Positions 1 through 10,300 of a DNA stretch of 53,083 bases are shown in pieces. Where the stretch lies: the IMG/VR virus record IMGVR_UViG_3300021255_000139, one strand, 5' to 3'. A program made the translations under genes and the position numbers. The notes beneath the pieces were generated by a model. The model did no database searches, was not told the origin of the DNA, and saw nothing but the letters and a program-made list of their open reading frames with translations. Source of the stretch: a virus (Duplodnaviria; Heunggongvirae; Uroviricota; Caudoviricetes). Position 1 is the stretch's first letter; every line of letters begins with the position of its first letter.

Positions 1-3000
1 CAACTCCACCTAAATTAGTACAGTTATAAAATACGGATTTCATTGACGTTAAATATGGAACATTGTTTGTATCAGTCTTATTCTTGCGGAATAGTCTCGC
101 CGGAAGTTCAGTTAAACCAGAACAACCAGAAAATACGCCGTTCGCCGTAGTTAAGTTCTCATTCTCTGAAAAGAAGCCGTTCGGCAAAGTTCCAGTCATA
201 GCAGCACAGCCATAGAACATATATGATGCATCTGTCAGGTTCTCTAACGGATCAAGCATACCTTCCAATCCATTTGTATTCAACATCTTATTGCAATTAT
301 GGAACATTGCATATGTAGTCGTAATTAATGGGTTATTTGCAAAGATATTACAATCCTCGTCAATAAAGTGAACCAAACCAGTGCAGTTAGCGAACATTCT
401 TGATACAGTAGTAAGTTTTGTAAGGTTCTCAAAAATATCTTGATCAATACTGGTAATCGCACTGCAAGCATAGAACATCATATTTGCATTTTGCAGATTT
501 GGAATATAGTCGAAAAATTCCTTTGTCAAACTTGTCATAGTTGTACTATAAAAAGCTGAATTTGCAGACTTGATATTCGGAGTGGTTGAGAATAAATCAT
601 CTGGTAAAGAAGTTCCAGCATCACAACCTTGAATCATTGAATCTATCGTATTCAAACTTTCATCACAAGCATGAAGAATCTTTCTAAGCATTACATATGT
701 AGCCTTACCACGACCGCCACCGTTCGTTACACAAGCAAAAATACTCGATAAAGTAGTTACCCCGGCAAAGTCAAATGTTAAGTCATTAATGTCAGTAAGA
801 TTCAGACAATATGCAAACAGTGAACTTGCATTATTCGTACATTTCAAATATCCAGAAACTCTCTTCAAGTTAGTACATCTACTAAACATAGAAGCTACGC
901 TTCTTGCCGTATAGTTCAAGTTTTCAACTTTTTCGACACTCGTACAGTTCTGGAATGAAATAGCTGAAAGATTAGTAAGTTGCGACATATCACATACCTT
1001 ATTTGCAGTAGCAATATCAGCAGAGCCATACTGAATGTACTTCAAACTTGAAGAAGTAATCGTAAATGTTGTCAGACCATCCCATAACACAGCGTTACAA
1101 TCAGCATCCGTCCAAGTTGGATGTGCTTCTTTTAAAGCTACAACACGGTCGGTTTCCTCCTGTGAAGCATATTTAGGGAATCTGATATTTTCGAGTGATG
1201 ATGAATTAGAAACATTTAATGTTTTCAAATTATACAATGTGTATAACTGCAAATCATTCATCATACTACCATTATTGTTTCTCATTATCAGTTCTTCAAC
1301 ATTCGGACATCCAGTCAATTCAAATGTTTCAAGAACACGACAGTTACTTACATCGACAGATTCAAGACTTTCACAGTTGATTGCATTGAATACAATAATC
1401 GGACTATCTGCCAATGAAATATCAGTGATTGCAGAACAAGAGTCAATCGTAAATTCTGTAATATTCTCACAACCATCAATATTGATATCTGTCAAAAATT
1501 CAAGAGACTTGAATAACAGACTATTTATATTAGAACGTGAGAGAGTAGCAGTCTTTAAGTTTCCACCTTCCGCAAAGTTTACAGTTACAATTTTTGTGTT
1601 GGTAATATCAAGTGTTTGAAGGTTTTTACACCCTGTCAAGTTAAGAACCTGACCGCCACTTTCTGTACCAAGCTGAATTGATCCAGAACAGTTCAGTTCA
1701 CGCAAGTATTTATTATTACCCATTGTCAGTTTCGTCATTCGAGAAGAACCAGACAAGTCAAGTTTTAATATTTTGGTTGCGTTTGCAATAGTAAGGTCAC
1801 GTACATTCAAATCTTCAAGTTTATTCAAAAGCTGAATACCACCAGAAGCAGAAATAGTTAATTCCTTATCAGTTGCTTTAATTGGGAATGTAAAGAGTGT
1901 TCCTTGAACTTCTCTATTCGTATCAGGATCAATATAAGTTGAATTTTGACTTACATAAGCTGTGATAATAGCATCTTGTCCAGAACCGACAGACACGGTT
2001 ACGTATTGTGGGGTATAGGTAAGAATACCAATATAAGCCCTAAGTGTACTTGCATCGTCAGTCGCTTCAGTACCATTATTTGTAAGCAAGTAAGCATCAG
2101 TACGCAATGAAATTTCACCATTGATTGAGTTGGTGTTTTCTTCGGAATATCTGTAATCAAACAGAGTGTCGCAGAAATCAAGTCGCTGTTTCATCCACTG
2201 TTTGAATCTCTGCAATCTGTTACCATGAAGCATCTTCAAATATTCGGTGTTTGAAGCTGTTGTCTGTGTCAGATATTTTGCAGCCATATCCTTATTGTAG
2301 TAGATTTCACCAATCAAATCAGTTGTTCTTGCTTTATAATACTCCATGATATAATCAAGGTCATAAACTGTCTTTCTCAAATTCTGATAAGCAGCTTTAA
2401 TCTCATTGATATATTCACGACCAAATGTATTCCAGAACTTTGATGTCTTAGTATTATAAGAAGCATAACGCAGTTCTGTCAGTTCATTCGTTGTATATGC
2501 AGCAAAAGTACCAGTTGCAGAAGAAGGAGAGAGTGACGGAATCATTTCCGCATCTACACCAATCGTTTCCGTACCAGTATTAGAGAGTCCACATTGCGTG
2601 TCCATATCATAAGGACGTACATACCAATAGTTACCATCCCACGTATCCCACATCGAGTTCTTTCCGGCATTATCCACTTGTCCAAAAACCATCATCTGTA
2701 AGTAGTAAGCCAAAGCATAAGTAAAGTCAAAGTGATTACTTACCCATGTTTTAAATGTACCATTATTTACAGAAGAAGATACACCATTTACAAGATCAAT
2801 CAATGGGCGTAATGCAGTTTCATAGTCTGCATCAGTAGGATTTTCAATATCCTCTAATTCGTAATAATCGAACCGAGGTTCAAAGTCATCAAGTACATAA
2901 TCATATTCACTGTAATCAGCTTGAAATTCCTCAAATGTCATAATAGGCACATTTGCATAGTCGGAAGTTTGCTGATACTGTTCAAAACTGAAAGAAGAAG

Positions 3001-6000
3001 CACTTAATCCATTATCTTCAAGGTATTTCAAATATGCTTCTTGATAACAGTCATCGACATAATACTGATAAACATGGTTAATAGATTCACTTAAACTGTA
3101 GAAACAACCAGCAGTGTCAGTGGAGTTTGCAACACCTTCATAACTCTGCATTTTGTTGACAGTCCGACCATTTACATCGGAATCAATTTCAAAACCAAGA
3201 GTCTTTCCGGCTTTATCAATGTTAAACATATATGATCCGACCAAAGTAAGTTTAGTTGAATCAGTTTCATCATCCGTGTAATACACAATCACCGGGAATC
3301 CATCAATAGCATCCTTATAACCGTTTGCTTTTGCCGGACTATTACCACCAAGAAGATCAATCAGATGATTATAGAAATCTGCTGTCGGAGTATTGTTAAG
3401 GTGCGAACCTTCCATATAATCGCACTTCAATGTGAATGTGCTTTCTGGTTTCCAATCGTCCTGAAGCTGGACTTTCATCTTCTTATCTTTGGTTGCGTCT
3501 GTATACAGTTTAATTTTGTAGTTCTTAACCGGGTATTGCAGTGAAGAAGTACCTTGCAGAAACACTTCTGCATTTTCCCACACTGTAACAGTTCCATCAG
3601 GATTTTGAATCTCAATAACGCAGTCAACAAATGTTTTCTTTGAAGTTTTCTTATCCGTGATAGAGTTAAGGATCTGAAATGTTGAGTTATTCGTCTGATT
3701 CTTTCTCTTAAATGTAATAATCGGCAAATGTGCAATAGAAAGATCGTTTTTATCTTTTATAGCAGATTGTTCAGCCAAATCAAAAATAGAAGAGATGTAG
3801 TTATTCAGAACTTCAGATGAAGTTAGATAACGATTATACAATCTAATCATCTTGATTTCACATTCACCGAAATTTTGCACAACGCCATTTACAAGTGCAG
3901 CATTAAGTATCAGCGGATTAGCATTACCAAGAGAATCAACAAATCTATCGTTCGTCAAAGCAGTACATGAACAAAATACACCGTTAATATAAATCCTCAT
4001 TGAATAAACAGGGTTCATATTCTCAATGTTGTTCAGACCAACTTGTGCGAGAGTTCTGATATTTCTATCAATAACAAAAGTCGCATGAATCCATTCGTCC
4101 TCCGCAAAGCCGAGTTTTGTACTCTGTGCAGAAGAACCAATATATAAATCTTCATGAGTCACGGCAAAGCCCGGACTACTAATATCAATACCTTTCTGGC
4201 AAGTAATAACACGAGAGTTCATTTCTCCGACACAACGAGTACGAAATGCAACTTCCATCGCATAGCCATTTGTCGCATCATTAAATCCTTCAAGCGGACA
4301 AATTCTCGCACCAGTATTTTTATTGATCAGTTCGCCGTATGAATCGCCAGTGAATTTCAGCATCATTTCGCCACTCTCTGAATCAGAAAGTGATTCATCA
4401 ACGTGTTTCCAACCGTTTGTATTATAGTTCAGATTGTGCAGTTTAATTTGATACTGCGGATATGCAGAAACTTTATTATTCCATTCGTCTGGATTTTCTA
4501 CGGAATTTCTCATATCATTTGCATCGAACCACGCCACTAAGTTTTCAGAAACAGGTTGAAGCCCACTATATGAAGCGGATTCTACTGTAAAATATCCTTG
4601 TGCGATATCTACAGAAGATTTCTGGCTATCAAGCGTATATGAACGCATTTCGTATTTATATGTTCCAGCTTCTAAACGACCAACAAACCAATAAGAAGTA
4701 ATACCTACAGTTGACTGAACGCCAGATGTAGGAGTCGTTTTAACCGCTGTCAGACTTTCACTTGCTGTTCCATAATTTGATACAGAATAAAGAGTACCAC
4801 GCATAAGCAGAGTAGAAACGTTCTTACCACTTACACGATATGGAATTGAAAGAGAAGTATTTGTGTTAATACCACTTGTGACTAATTCAGAAACGATTGA
4901 GATTTCTCCATCAGCCAAAACATTAAATACATATGTCAGTTGCGGTGATACGAGTGCGGTCGAATCATTGATACCTGTTCCAGTGTATGCTTGCAGAGTC
5001 ACAGTATAAGTTCCACGAGGTTTTAATCCAACAAACCAGTTGCCCGTTTGCTGATAACTTCCCGTGTTAATTATTTCTGTACTTGGAGAAGCAGCATTCG
5101 CTTCTTTTATAGTACAAAGCAGTTTGACAGTTTGAGATGTATCACTGCATCGCACATCATAAGGAATAATGATCGAAGTATTAGTCTCGAAAACCGTATT
5201 TTCAATCATAGTTCCGAACGTAGATGATAATGTCAAACCACCACAAACAACAGTGAAGGTTAAATCATCAGGTGCGGCAATTCCCATATAGTCTGAACCA
5301 CTAATACGGTATACGCTTGTTCCTTCGGTTGTCAAAGTGCCAAGATCAATAGCAATCGTACCTTTCGCCGTTGTCATTGTCTTAAACAGTACATTGTCTT
5401 TATAAATTCGCAGAGTACAATCACCGTATGTCGTTGAAGAGAACTTCACGAGAATTGTGCAGTTATCTCCTACACTATAATATAATCTGCGACCTTGCGG
5501 AAACTCGTCTACATATGAAAGTGTAGGAACATTGCCACCAGAACCGCCGCCAGAACCGCTTGAGAAAATTTCCCAACCAGTATTTTCAGTTGTTCCGATA
5601 AGCTGATATGTTGTGCCGTTTTCACCATCGCCGGAGACATAACAAATCATACCAATTTTTCTATCGTCTGCAGGAATAGCATCACGTTCTTCGAGAGTTT
5701 CCACAATTTTGAAATATCCGCTATCACGTCTTAAAGACTCGAATACTCTTTCGAGTTTAGTTGAAGAGTAAGTTGTACTCGCACCCGGAGTAGCATCGTT
5801 AATTCCGATTCTATCTCCGATAATTCCGTCCAAAGCATCAATAGCATCTTGAATTTGTTGTAATTGTCCTTCCGTGTTTTCTTCAACATACTGAATTAGT
5901 TCTTGCATTTCAGAAATGTTTGCAGAATAATCGGAAAGAGCAGTTTTGAGGGATTGAATGTCGATAACGCAAGTCAAATCTCGCCACGGTGTCCGTCCAT

Positions 6001-6121
6001 CACCAAACTTAATCATGAAGCGGTCGGTCACAAATGACATTTCGCCCTCTTTAAGCACTGGATTTTGAGAATACCAGTTTGCATACGTATCTCTACGAAT
6101 GCGAATACTTACACAAGCCAT
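1..6121 (-). CDS. Giant tail-associated protein (>=2040 aa, truncated by window): Mtd/hyaluronidase-type N-terminal anchor, LamG-like, CotH-kinase-like, LRR and BspA-type repeats
   Basis: ATG at 6121 with GGAGGG RBS. N-terminus MACVSIRIRRDTYANWYSQNPVLKEGE..KFGDGRTPWRDL. CotH-like motifs QGTSSLQYPVKNYK, FTLKCDYMEGSH, DGFP, VDNAGKN, PYDMDT. The same frame reads ..MKSVFYNCTNLGGV at base 1. Missing from the ORF track because there is no stop in the window. Confidence 0.85.
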   Translation of the reverse strand, partial: MACVSIRIRRDTYANWYSQNPVLKEGEMSFVTDRFMIKFGDGRTPWRDLTCVIDIQSLKTALSDYSANISEMQELIQYVEENTEGQLQQIQDAIDALDGIIGDRIGINDATPGASTTYSSTKLERVFESLRRDSGYFKIVETLEERDAIPADDRKIGMICYVSGDGENGTTYQLIGTTENTGWEIFSSGSGGGSGGNVPTLSYVDEFPQGRRLYYSVGDNCTILVKFSSTTYGDCTLRIYKDNVLFKTMTTAKGTIAIDLGTLTTEGTSVYRISGSDYMGIAAPDDLTFTVVCGGLTLSSTFGTMIENTVFETNTSIIIPYDVRCSDTSQTVKLLCTIKEANAASPSTEIINTGSYQQTGNWFVGLKPRGTYTVTLQAYTGTGINDSTALVSPQLTYVFNVLADGEISIVSELVTSGINTNTSLSIPYRVSGKNVSTLLMRGTLYSVSNYGTASESLTAVKTTPTSGVQSTVGITSYWFVGRLEAGTYKYEMRSYTLDSQKSSVDIAQGYFTVESASYSGLQPVSENLVAWFDANDMRNSVENPDEWNNKVSAYPQYQIKLHNLNYNTNGWKHVDESLSDSESGEMMLKFTGDSYGELINKNTGARICPLEGFNDATNGYAMEVAFRTRCVGEMNSRVITCQKGIDISSPGFAVTHEDLYIGSSAQSTKLGFAEDEWIHATFVIDRNIRTLAQVGLNNIENMNPVYSMRIYINGVFCSCTALTNDRFVDSLGNANPLILNAALVNGVVQNFGECEIKMIRLYNRYLTSSEVLNNYISSIFDLAEQSAIKDKNDLSIAHLPIITFKRKNQTNNSTFQILNSITDKKTSKKTFVDCVIEIQNPDGTVTVWENAEVFLQGTSSLQYPVKNYKIKLYTDATKDKKMKVQLQDDWKPESTFTLKCDYMEGSHLNNTPTADFYNHLIDLLGGNSPAKANGYKDAIDGFPVIVYYTDDETDSTKLTLVGSYMFNIDKAGKTLGFEIDSDVNGRTVNKMQSYEGVANSTDTAGCFYSLSESINHVYQYYVDDCYQEAYLKYLEDNGLSASSFSFEQYQQTSDYANVPIMTFEEFQADYSEYDYVLDDFEPRFDYYELEDIENPTDADYETALRPLIDLVNGVSSSVNNGTFKTWVSNHFDFTYALAYYLQMMVFGQVDNAGKNSMWDTWDGNYWYVRPYDMDTQCGLSNTGTETIGVDAEMIPSLSPSSATGTFAAYTTNELTELRYASYNTKTSKFWNTFGREYINEIKAAYQNLRKTVYDLDYIMEYYKARTTDLIGEIYYNKDMAAKYLTQTTASNTEYLKMLHGNRLQRFKQWMKQRLDFCDTLFDYRYSEENTNSINGEISLRTDAYLLTNNGTEATDDASTLRAYIGILTYTPQYVTVSVGSGQDAIITAYVSQNSTYIDPDTNREVQGTLFTFPIKATDKELTISASGGIQLLNKLEDLNVRDLTIANATKILKLDLSGSSRMTKLTMGNNKYLRELNCSGSIQLGTESGGQVLNLTGCKNLQTLDITNTKIVTVNFAEGGNLKTATLSRSNINSLLFKSLEFLTDINIDGCENITEFTIDSCSAITDISLADSPIIVFNAINCESLESVDVSNCRVLETFELTGCPNVEELIMRNNNGSMMNDLQLYTLYNLKTLNVSNSSSLENIRFPKYASQEETDRVVALKEAHPTWTDADCNAVLWDGLTTFTITSSSLKYIQYGSADIATANKVCDMSQLTNLSAISFQNCTSVEKVENLNYTARSVASMFSRCTNLKRVSGYLKCTNNASSLFAYCLNLTDINDLTFDFAGVTTLSSIFACVTNGGGRGKATYVMLRKILHACDESLNTIDSMIQGCDAGTSLPDDLFSTTPNIKSANSAFYSTTMTSLTKEFFDYIPNLQNANMMFYACSAITSIDQDIFENLTKLTTVSRMFANCTGLVHFIDEDCNIFANNPLITTTYAMFHNCNKMLNTNGLEGMLDPLENLTDASYMFYGCAAMTGTLPNGFFSENENLTTANGVFSGCSGLTELPARLFRKNKTDTNNVPYLTSMKSVFYNCTNLGGV

Positions 6122-6136
6122 GTGGCATTTCCCTCC

Positions 6137-6835
6137 TTACGCTCCGATTGAGCCATTATTTCCATCAGAATTTCCACCGTCTATCTGGAACATATAATCA
6201 GGATTTGTGAAAGCGTTGCCACCGTCTATGTCATAGAGCATCGAATCGACCAACTCTTTGGCTTCAAGTGTTTCTCTTGTCGCTGTTTCGCAAGCCTCTG
6301 TTTGTTCTCTTGATGCTTGAATTACGGCAGCAGTTGAAGTCTGTCTTTGTGCTTCATTTGCTATACGCTGATTCTCATTTGCGATCCTGACTGTTTCCGC
6401 AGAAATTCTTGTATTTTCATTATCATTTAATGTTGTATTTAGATTTTGAACTAAGGTAACTAAATCTCTAAGATATACAACATCAATATTATCTGTATAT
6501 TCATAATCTGTAGGCTGAACTCTCTTGTGTACTGGAATAGTAACAGTTTCAATTACTTTTCCAGAGTCAGTTTCGTCTACAAAGATGTAAGCAACAATGT
6601 TGTATGGTTCTCTTAAAAGAGAATTAGGAATATCTGCTATGATATTTCCGTTAGATAAAGTAGAACGCACACCTAACGCTCTGTCGCTGTTCTTGTTGCA
6701 AAATTGGACTAATGGAGCATTACCACCATGATATTCTGAATAGTTATCTTCAATAACTAATTTTTGGTCGTAATCCCATTGCGTTAAGTTATACACAGTG
6801 TTGCCATGCATATCCAAACACATTACGTTAAGCAT
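6137..6835 (-). CDS. Baseplate upper (BppU-like) / tail fibre adaptor
   Basis: LTQWDYDQKL..IPNSLL..IPVHKRVQPTDY N-terminal pattern, followed by a coiled coil and IDGG motifs; located in the tail-tip module. Confidence 0.6.
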   Translation of the reverse strand: MLNVMCLDMHGNTVYNLTQWDYDQKLVIEDNYSEYHGGNAPLVQFCNKNSDRALGVRSTLSNGNIIADIPNSLLREPYNIVAYIFVDETDSGKVIETVTIPVHKRVQPTDYEYTDNIDVVYLRDLVTLVQNLNTTLNDNENTRISAETVRIANENQRIANEAQRQTSTAAVIQASREQTEACETATRETLEAKELVDSMLYDIDGGNAFTNPDYMFQIDGGNSDGNNGSIGA

Positions 6836-6857
6836 GACATTTCTTCCTTTCTATCAA

Positions 6858-7274
6858 TCAAGTAGATTGTTTACAGAGTATTGATTGCAGTATCATAATA
6901 TCGTTCGGAGAAAGTGGATCAAATCTTGCACTATCTTCAAAATCAAAAACGGACTCGTCAACATGGTATAATTCAATGTCAACTTCAATGTTTAGAAGTT
7001 CGTTCATTTCTTTGATAAAATCAGACAAGTGATCTTGTTCTATTTTTGGCAGCCCATTTTCTTCAAACAATAAATTGCCGTCATCATCTTTCAGTGTATA
7101 TTCTTTAAAATTCTCGAAAATTTTTTTCATTTGTTTCTCATATACGGCATACTCTTTTTGAATTACCATCATATTCCTTGTAATAGCATATCCTATTTTT
7201 TGTGGCAATTTGTACTCACTATATGAACCAAGTGTATTTAATAAATTTACGAGAATACCATTTGTCATCTTCAT
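6858..7274 (-). CDS. Hypothetical phage tail-region protein
   Basis: 138-aa ORF with GAGG RBS, co-oriented with the operon. Confidence 0.75.
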   Translation of the reverse strand: MKMTNGILVNLLNTLGSYSEYKLPQKIGYAITRNMMVIQKEYAVYEKQMKKIFENFKEYTLKDDDGNLLFEENGLPKIEQDHLSDFIKEMNELLNIEVDIELYHVDESVFDFEDSARFDPLSPNDIMILQSILCKQST

Positions 7275-7290
7275 AAAATACCTCTTTTTA

Positions 7291-7321
7291 TAAAAGGCTA
7301 CGACTTTATGCCGTAGCCTTT
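7291..7321 (-). terminator. Possible intrinsic terminator overlapping the tail-tip gene stop
   Basis: AAGGCTACG/CGTAGCCTT stem followed by a short T run. Confidence 0.4.
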
Positions 7322-10300
7322 AACTTTCTAATTTCTTCTTGAAGTGCTTCAATTTGTTCTTTCTGATATTGCAATGTCGCAACGATATCAGGAATAAACT
7401 CCCCATATCTTAATCCAATATATTTTTCGTTACGAGGTGTTTCTTCTGTAATAACATACACACCCCAATCAGACTCACCCATAGATTGTTTTACTTCTTG
7501 TGCAATAAATCCATGATGGAATCTTCCAGAAGTTCCTTCATTGTATTTGAATTGAGAAGGTTTCAACGAATATAAGAAATCCGCACAACTTTCTTTATCT
7601 AATTCTGATATAGTATTTTTGATGTTCATATCAGAACCAGTTACAGTATCACCATTTTTATCATAAATATTTCCACTCACAGATAATGATTTATCTATAT
7701 CAACATGACCAGTAATCTGTGCAGTTGACTGACCTTCATAATATATGTCCCATGAACCATTACTTGTTTGAGAAAAACCTATATGATCTCCCCAAATATA
7801 GAAATAATTATAAATTTTAGTTCCACTTTGTATTGCGAATAATTCTCTGAATCGTGCAAATTCTGTTGCAGTTTGAGTTTCTGCATGAGCATAATACATT
7901 CTATCTCCGATAGTACACGTAGTAGATGCATCAGAACCATAAGCTGTGAATGAAGTTGCATTAACGCTCGAACCAGTAATTGTACAACCAGATATAGTTT
8001 TACCACTTATAGTAGTAGCACTGATATTTTCAGCAATCAAACCTGATGTGTTGATTTGACTTGCAGTTATTTTCCCATCAATATTAGCTGACTTTACTTT
8101 TAAGTTTGTAGCCGTTAAATTGACAGTTTTTAAAGTATCTTCTGTAATGACTGTTCCAGTTCCAGTTACAGAATCCCACGCAATTTCGCAGTTAGAGCCT
8201 AATGTGACCTTGCTACCAGAATAACTAATACCATTAGTGCCGCCAAAGCTGAAATGTCCATTCGCTTTTATTTGAGTCTGATTTGAACTCCCGGCATATA
8301 AGTTACCGCTGGAATCAATAAAAATACCATTCGCATTTGCATTCGCAGATGTTTTACTACCAGTTGAAAGGGATGTTGCAACAATCGCCCCTTTAACTGT
8401 AAGCGTACTTCCATCATATGTCAGTTTTCCACTGCCAAAATCAAAAGTTCCATTCGCTTTTATTTGAGTCTGATTTGAACTCCCGGCATATAAGTTACCG
8501 CTGGAATCAATAAACAAACCAGAATGTTGAGAACTTGATGAAGTTTTTCCTCCTGCACTTAATGTTGTTGCAGTTATATCACCTTTTACTGCTAAATCAC
8601 CATCGTCATTAACATAGAGTAAATCTTCTGTTTCATTCGATATTCTAAACAATTTCTCTGCATTTGGATTTAATCTGAATGTATTTGTATCATTCGTTAT
8701 CATTAACCCATCTTCATCGAATGTCATTGTTGCAGCAGAATTATAAAGTGCGAGAGTTTCACCTATAATCATTTTCCCGACAATAAGTTCGCCATTAACA
8801 CCATAAGCTATTTTTAGCCTGTTGTCTTTTGGATCATAAAAATAAAACTTACCAATGGCGGTTTTCGTTGTCTGCCAATTATCGTTTGTGATAGCAATGG
8901 TTGAATTGATAATCCTTAATTGTTCATCAAGATAAGATTCAGTAATATCGTCATATTGCCTGAATAACATTCCATGTGAATCCCATTGCATATCTTGATG
9001 ATCAGCACCTAAAATAATCTTAGTGAGTGTCGCATCTAATCCTTCTTTGACCCAATCATTTAAAGTCTTGTAACTCTTATTGCCTTTATCTGCCTGTCGT
9101 TCAACACCAGTATATGATGAAGCCATAGACGAAGCACGATTGAGAATACTTTCAACATCTGACCTTCCGTCTACAAGTTTTAATACATCAGAAAAAGTAA
9201 CGTCCAATGTAGAAAGATTTTCAAAATCTATGTCATATTGAATAAGTCGCAGTTTATAGATAACACCATCTACTTCAATACGAATCCAATTTCCAACTTC
9301 AAAATAGTCAAGTAGTTTCTCAAATTCAGGAATAACAAGTAAATTCTTCAAAGTCGCAGAAATCTGATGCTGCAGAGTTGCAGATTTATATAATTCCTTT
9401 TGCGCATTTTCCAAAAATTCTCTTGCATTATTAAACAGTTCCGTATTTGAAAGTCCATCAGAAATATAGTTAGAGTTTGAATATTCATCATCTCTACGAT
9501 AAGAACAAAACTCTTTCCATAATGTCGTTCCTAAATATTTTTCAAAATTAAGAGCAGTTTGAATTGTCTGACGTTCTTTTTCGAGTGCTTGATTTAAAGT
9601 AGATATTACCTTCAATTCATTCTCTCGAACTTTGGTTTCTGCTTCAATGGCTTTAAGTTTATAGAGATAATCTAAATAAAATTCCTCGTATAAATTCGGA
9701 TTTGAATTTCCCCAAGTCTGTAAGTCAGAAACACCTTGTTCAACCAAAATATCAATACATGACTGACAACACTCATGAAACGTGTTTAATGATACAAGTC
9801 CATATTTTTTTAGTTCATTGACAAATGCACCAGTGAACGTATTTCCAGACTTAGTAATTGTTTTCTTAAAAAGCGCAGTAATATCATAATTCTCTGTAGT
9901 GTTATTCTTTAACGACTTATCAAGTTTCTGTTTTATGAATTGCTCATAATTATCAGTAATTGTTACTGTAATAGTCGGAGAAGTAGCAGTATCTTCACTG
10001 TCTGAATAATTCGTTACAGTAAAGCATCCAGTCCATTTACTTGTACTACTATTGTAAGAAGAAGTTTTTACCTTTACTTGGTAGGTTGCTTTAACTAATA
10101 CTCTTGCAATAGATAACATATTGTTATCAACTGTAGTTGCGGAAATAGTAGCGTAATTTGAAACAGCACATGGAGACAAGTTAGACACAGTAAGCAGATT
10201 TGCTTGTTCTTGTGCGCTTGTCTCGCTTGTTTGCACAGTAGGCATAAGCGAATGATCGAGCAACAAATCAAAATCTATTGAATCATAAATACAATTCATT

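Noticed and set aside
1035..1619. 194-aa plus-strand ORF and other short ORFs within 1-6121
   Set aside because: Shadow frames of the giant minus-strand gene
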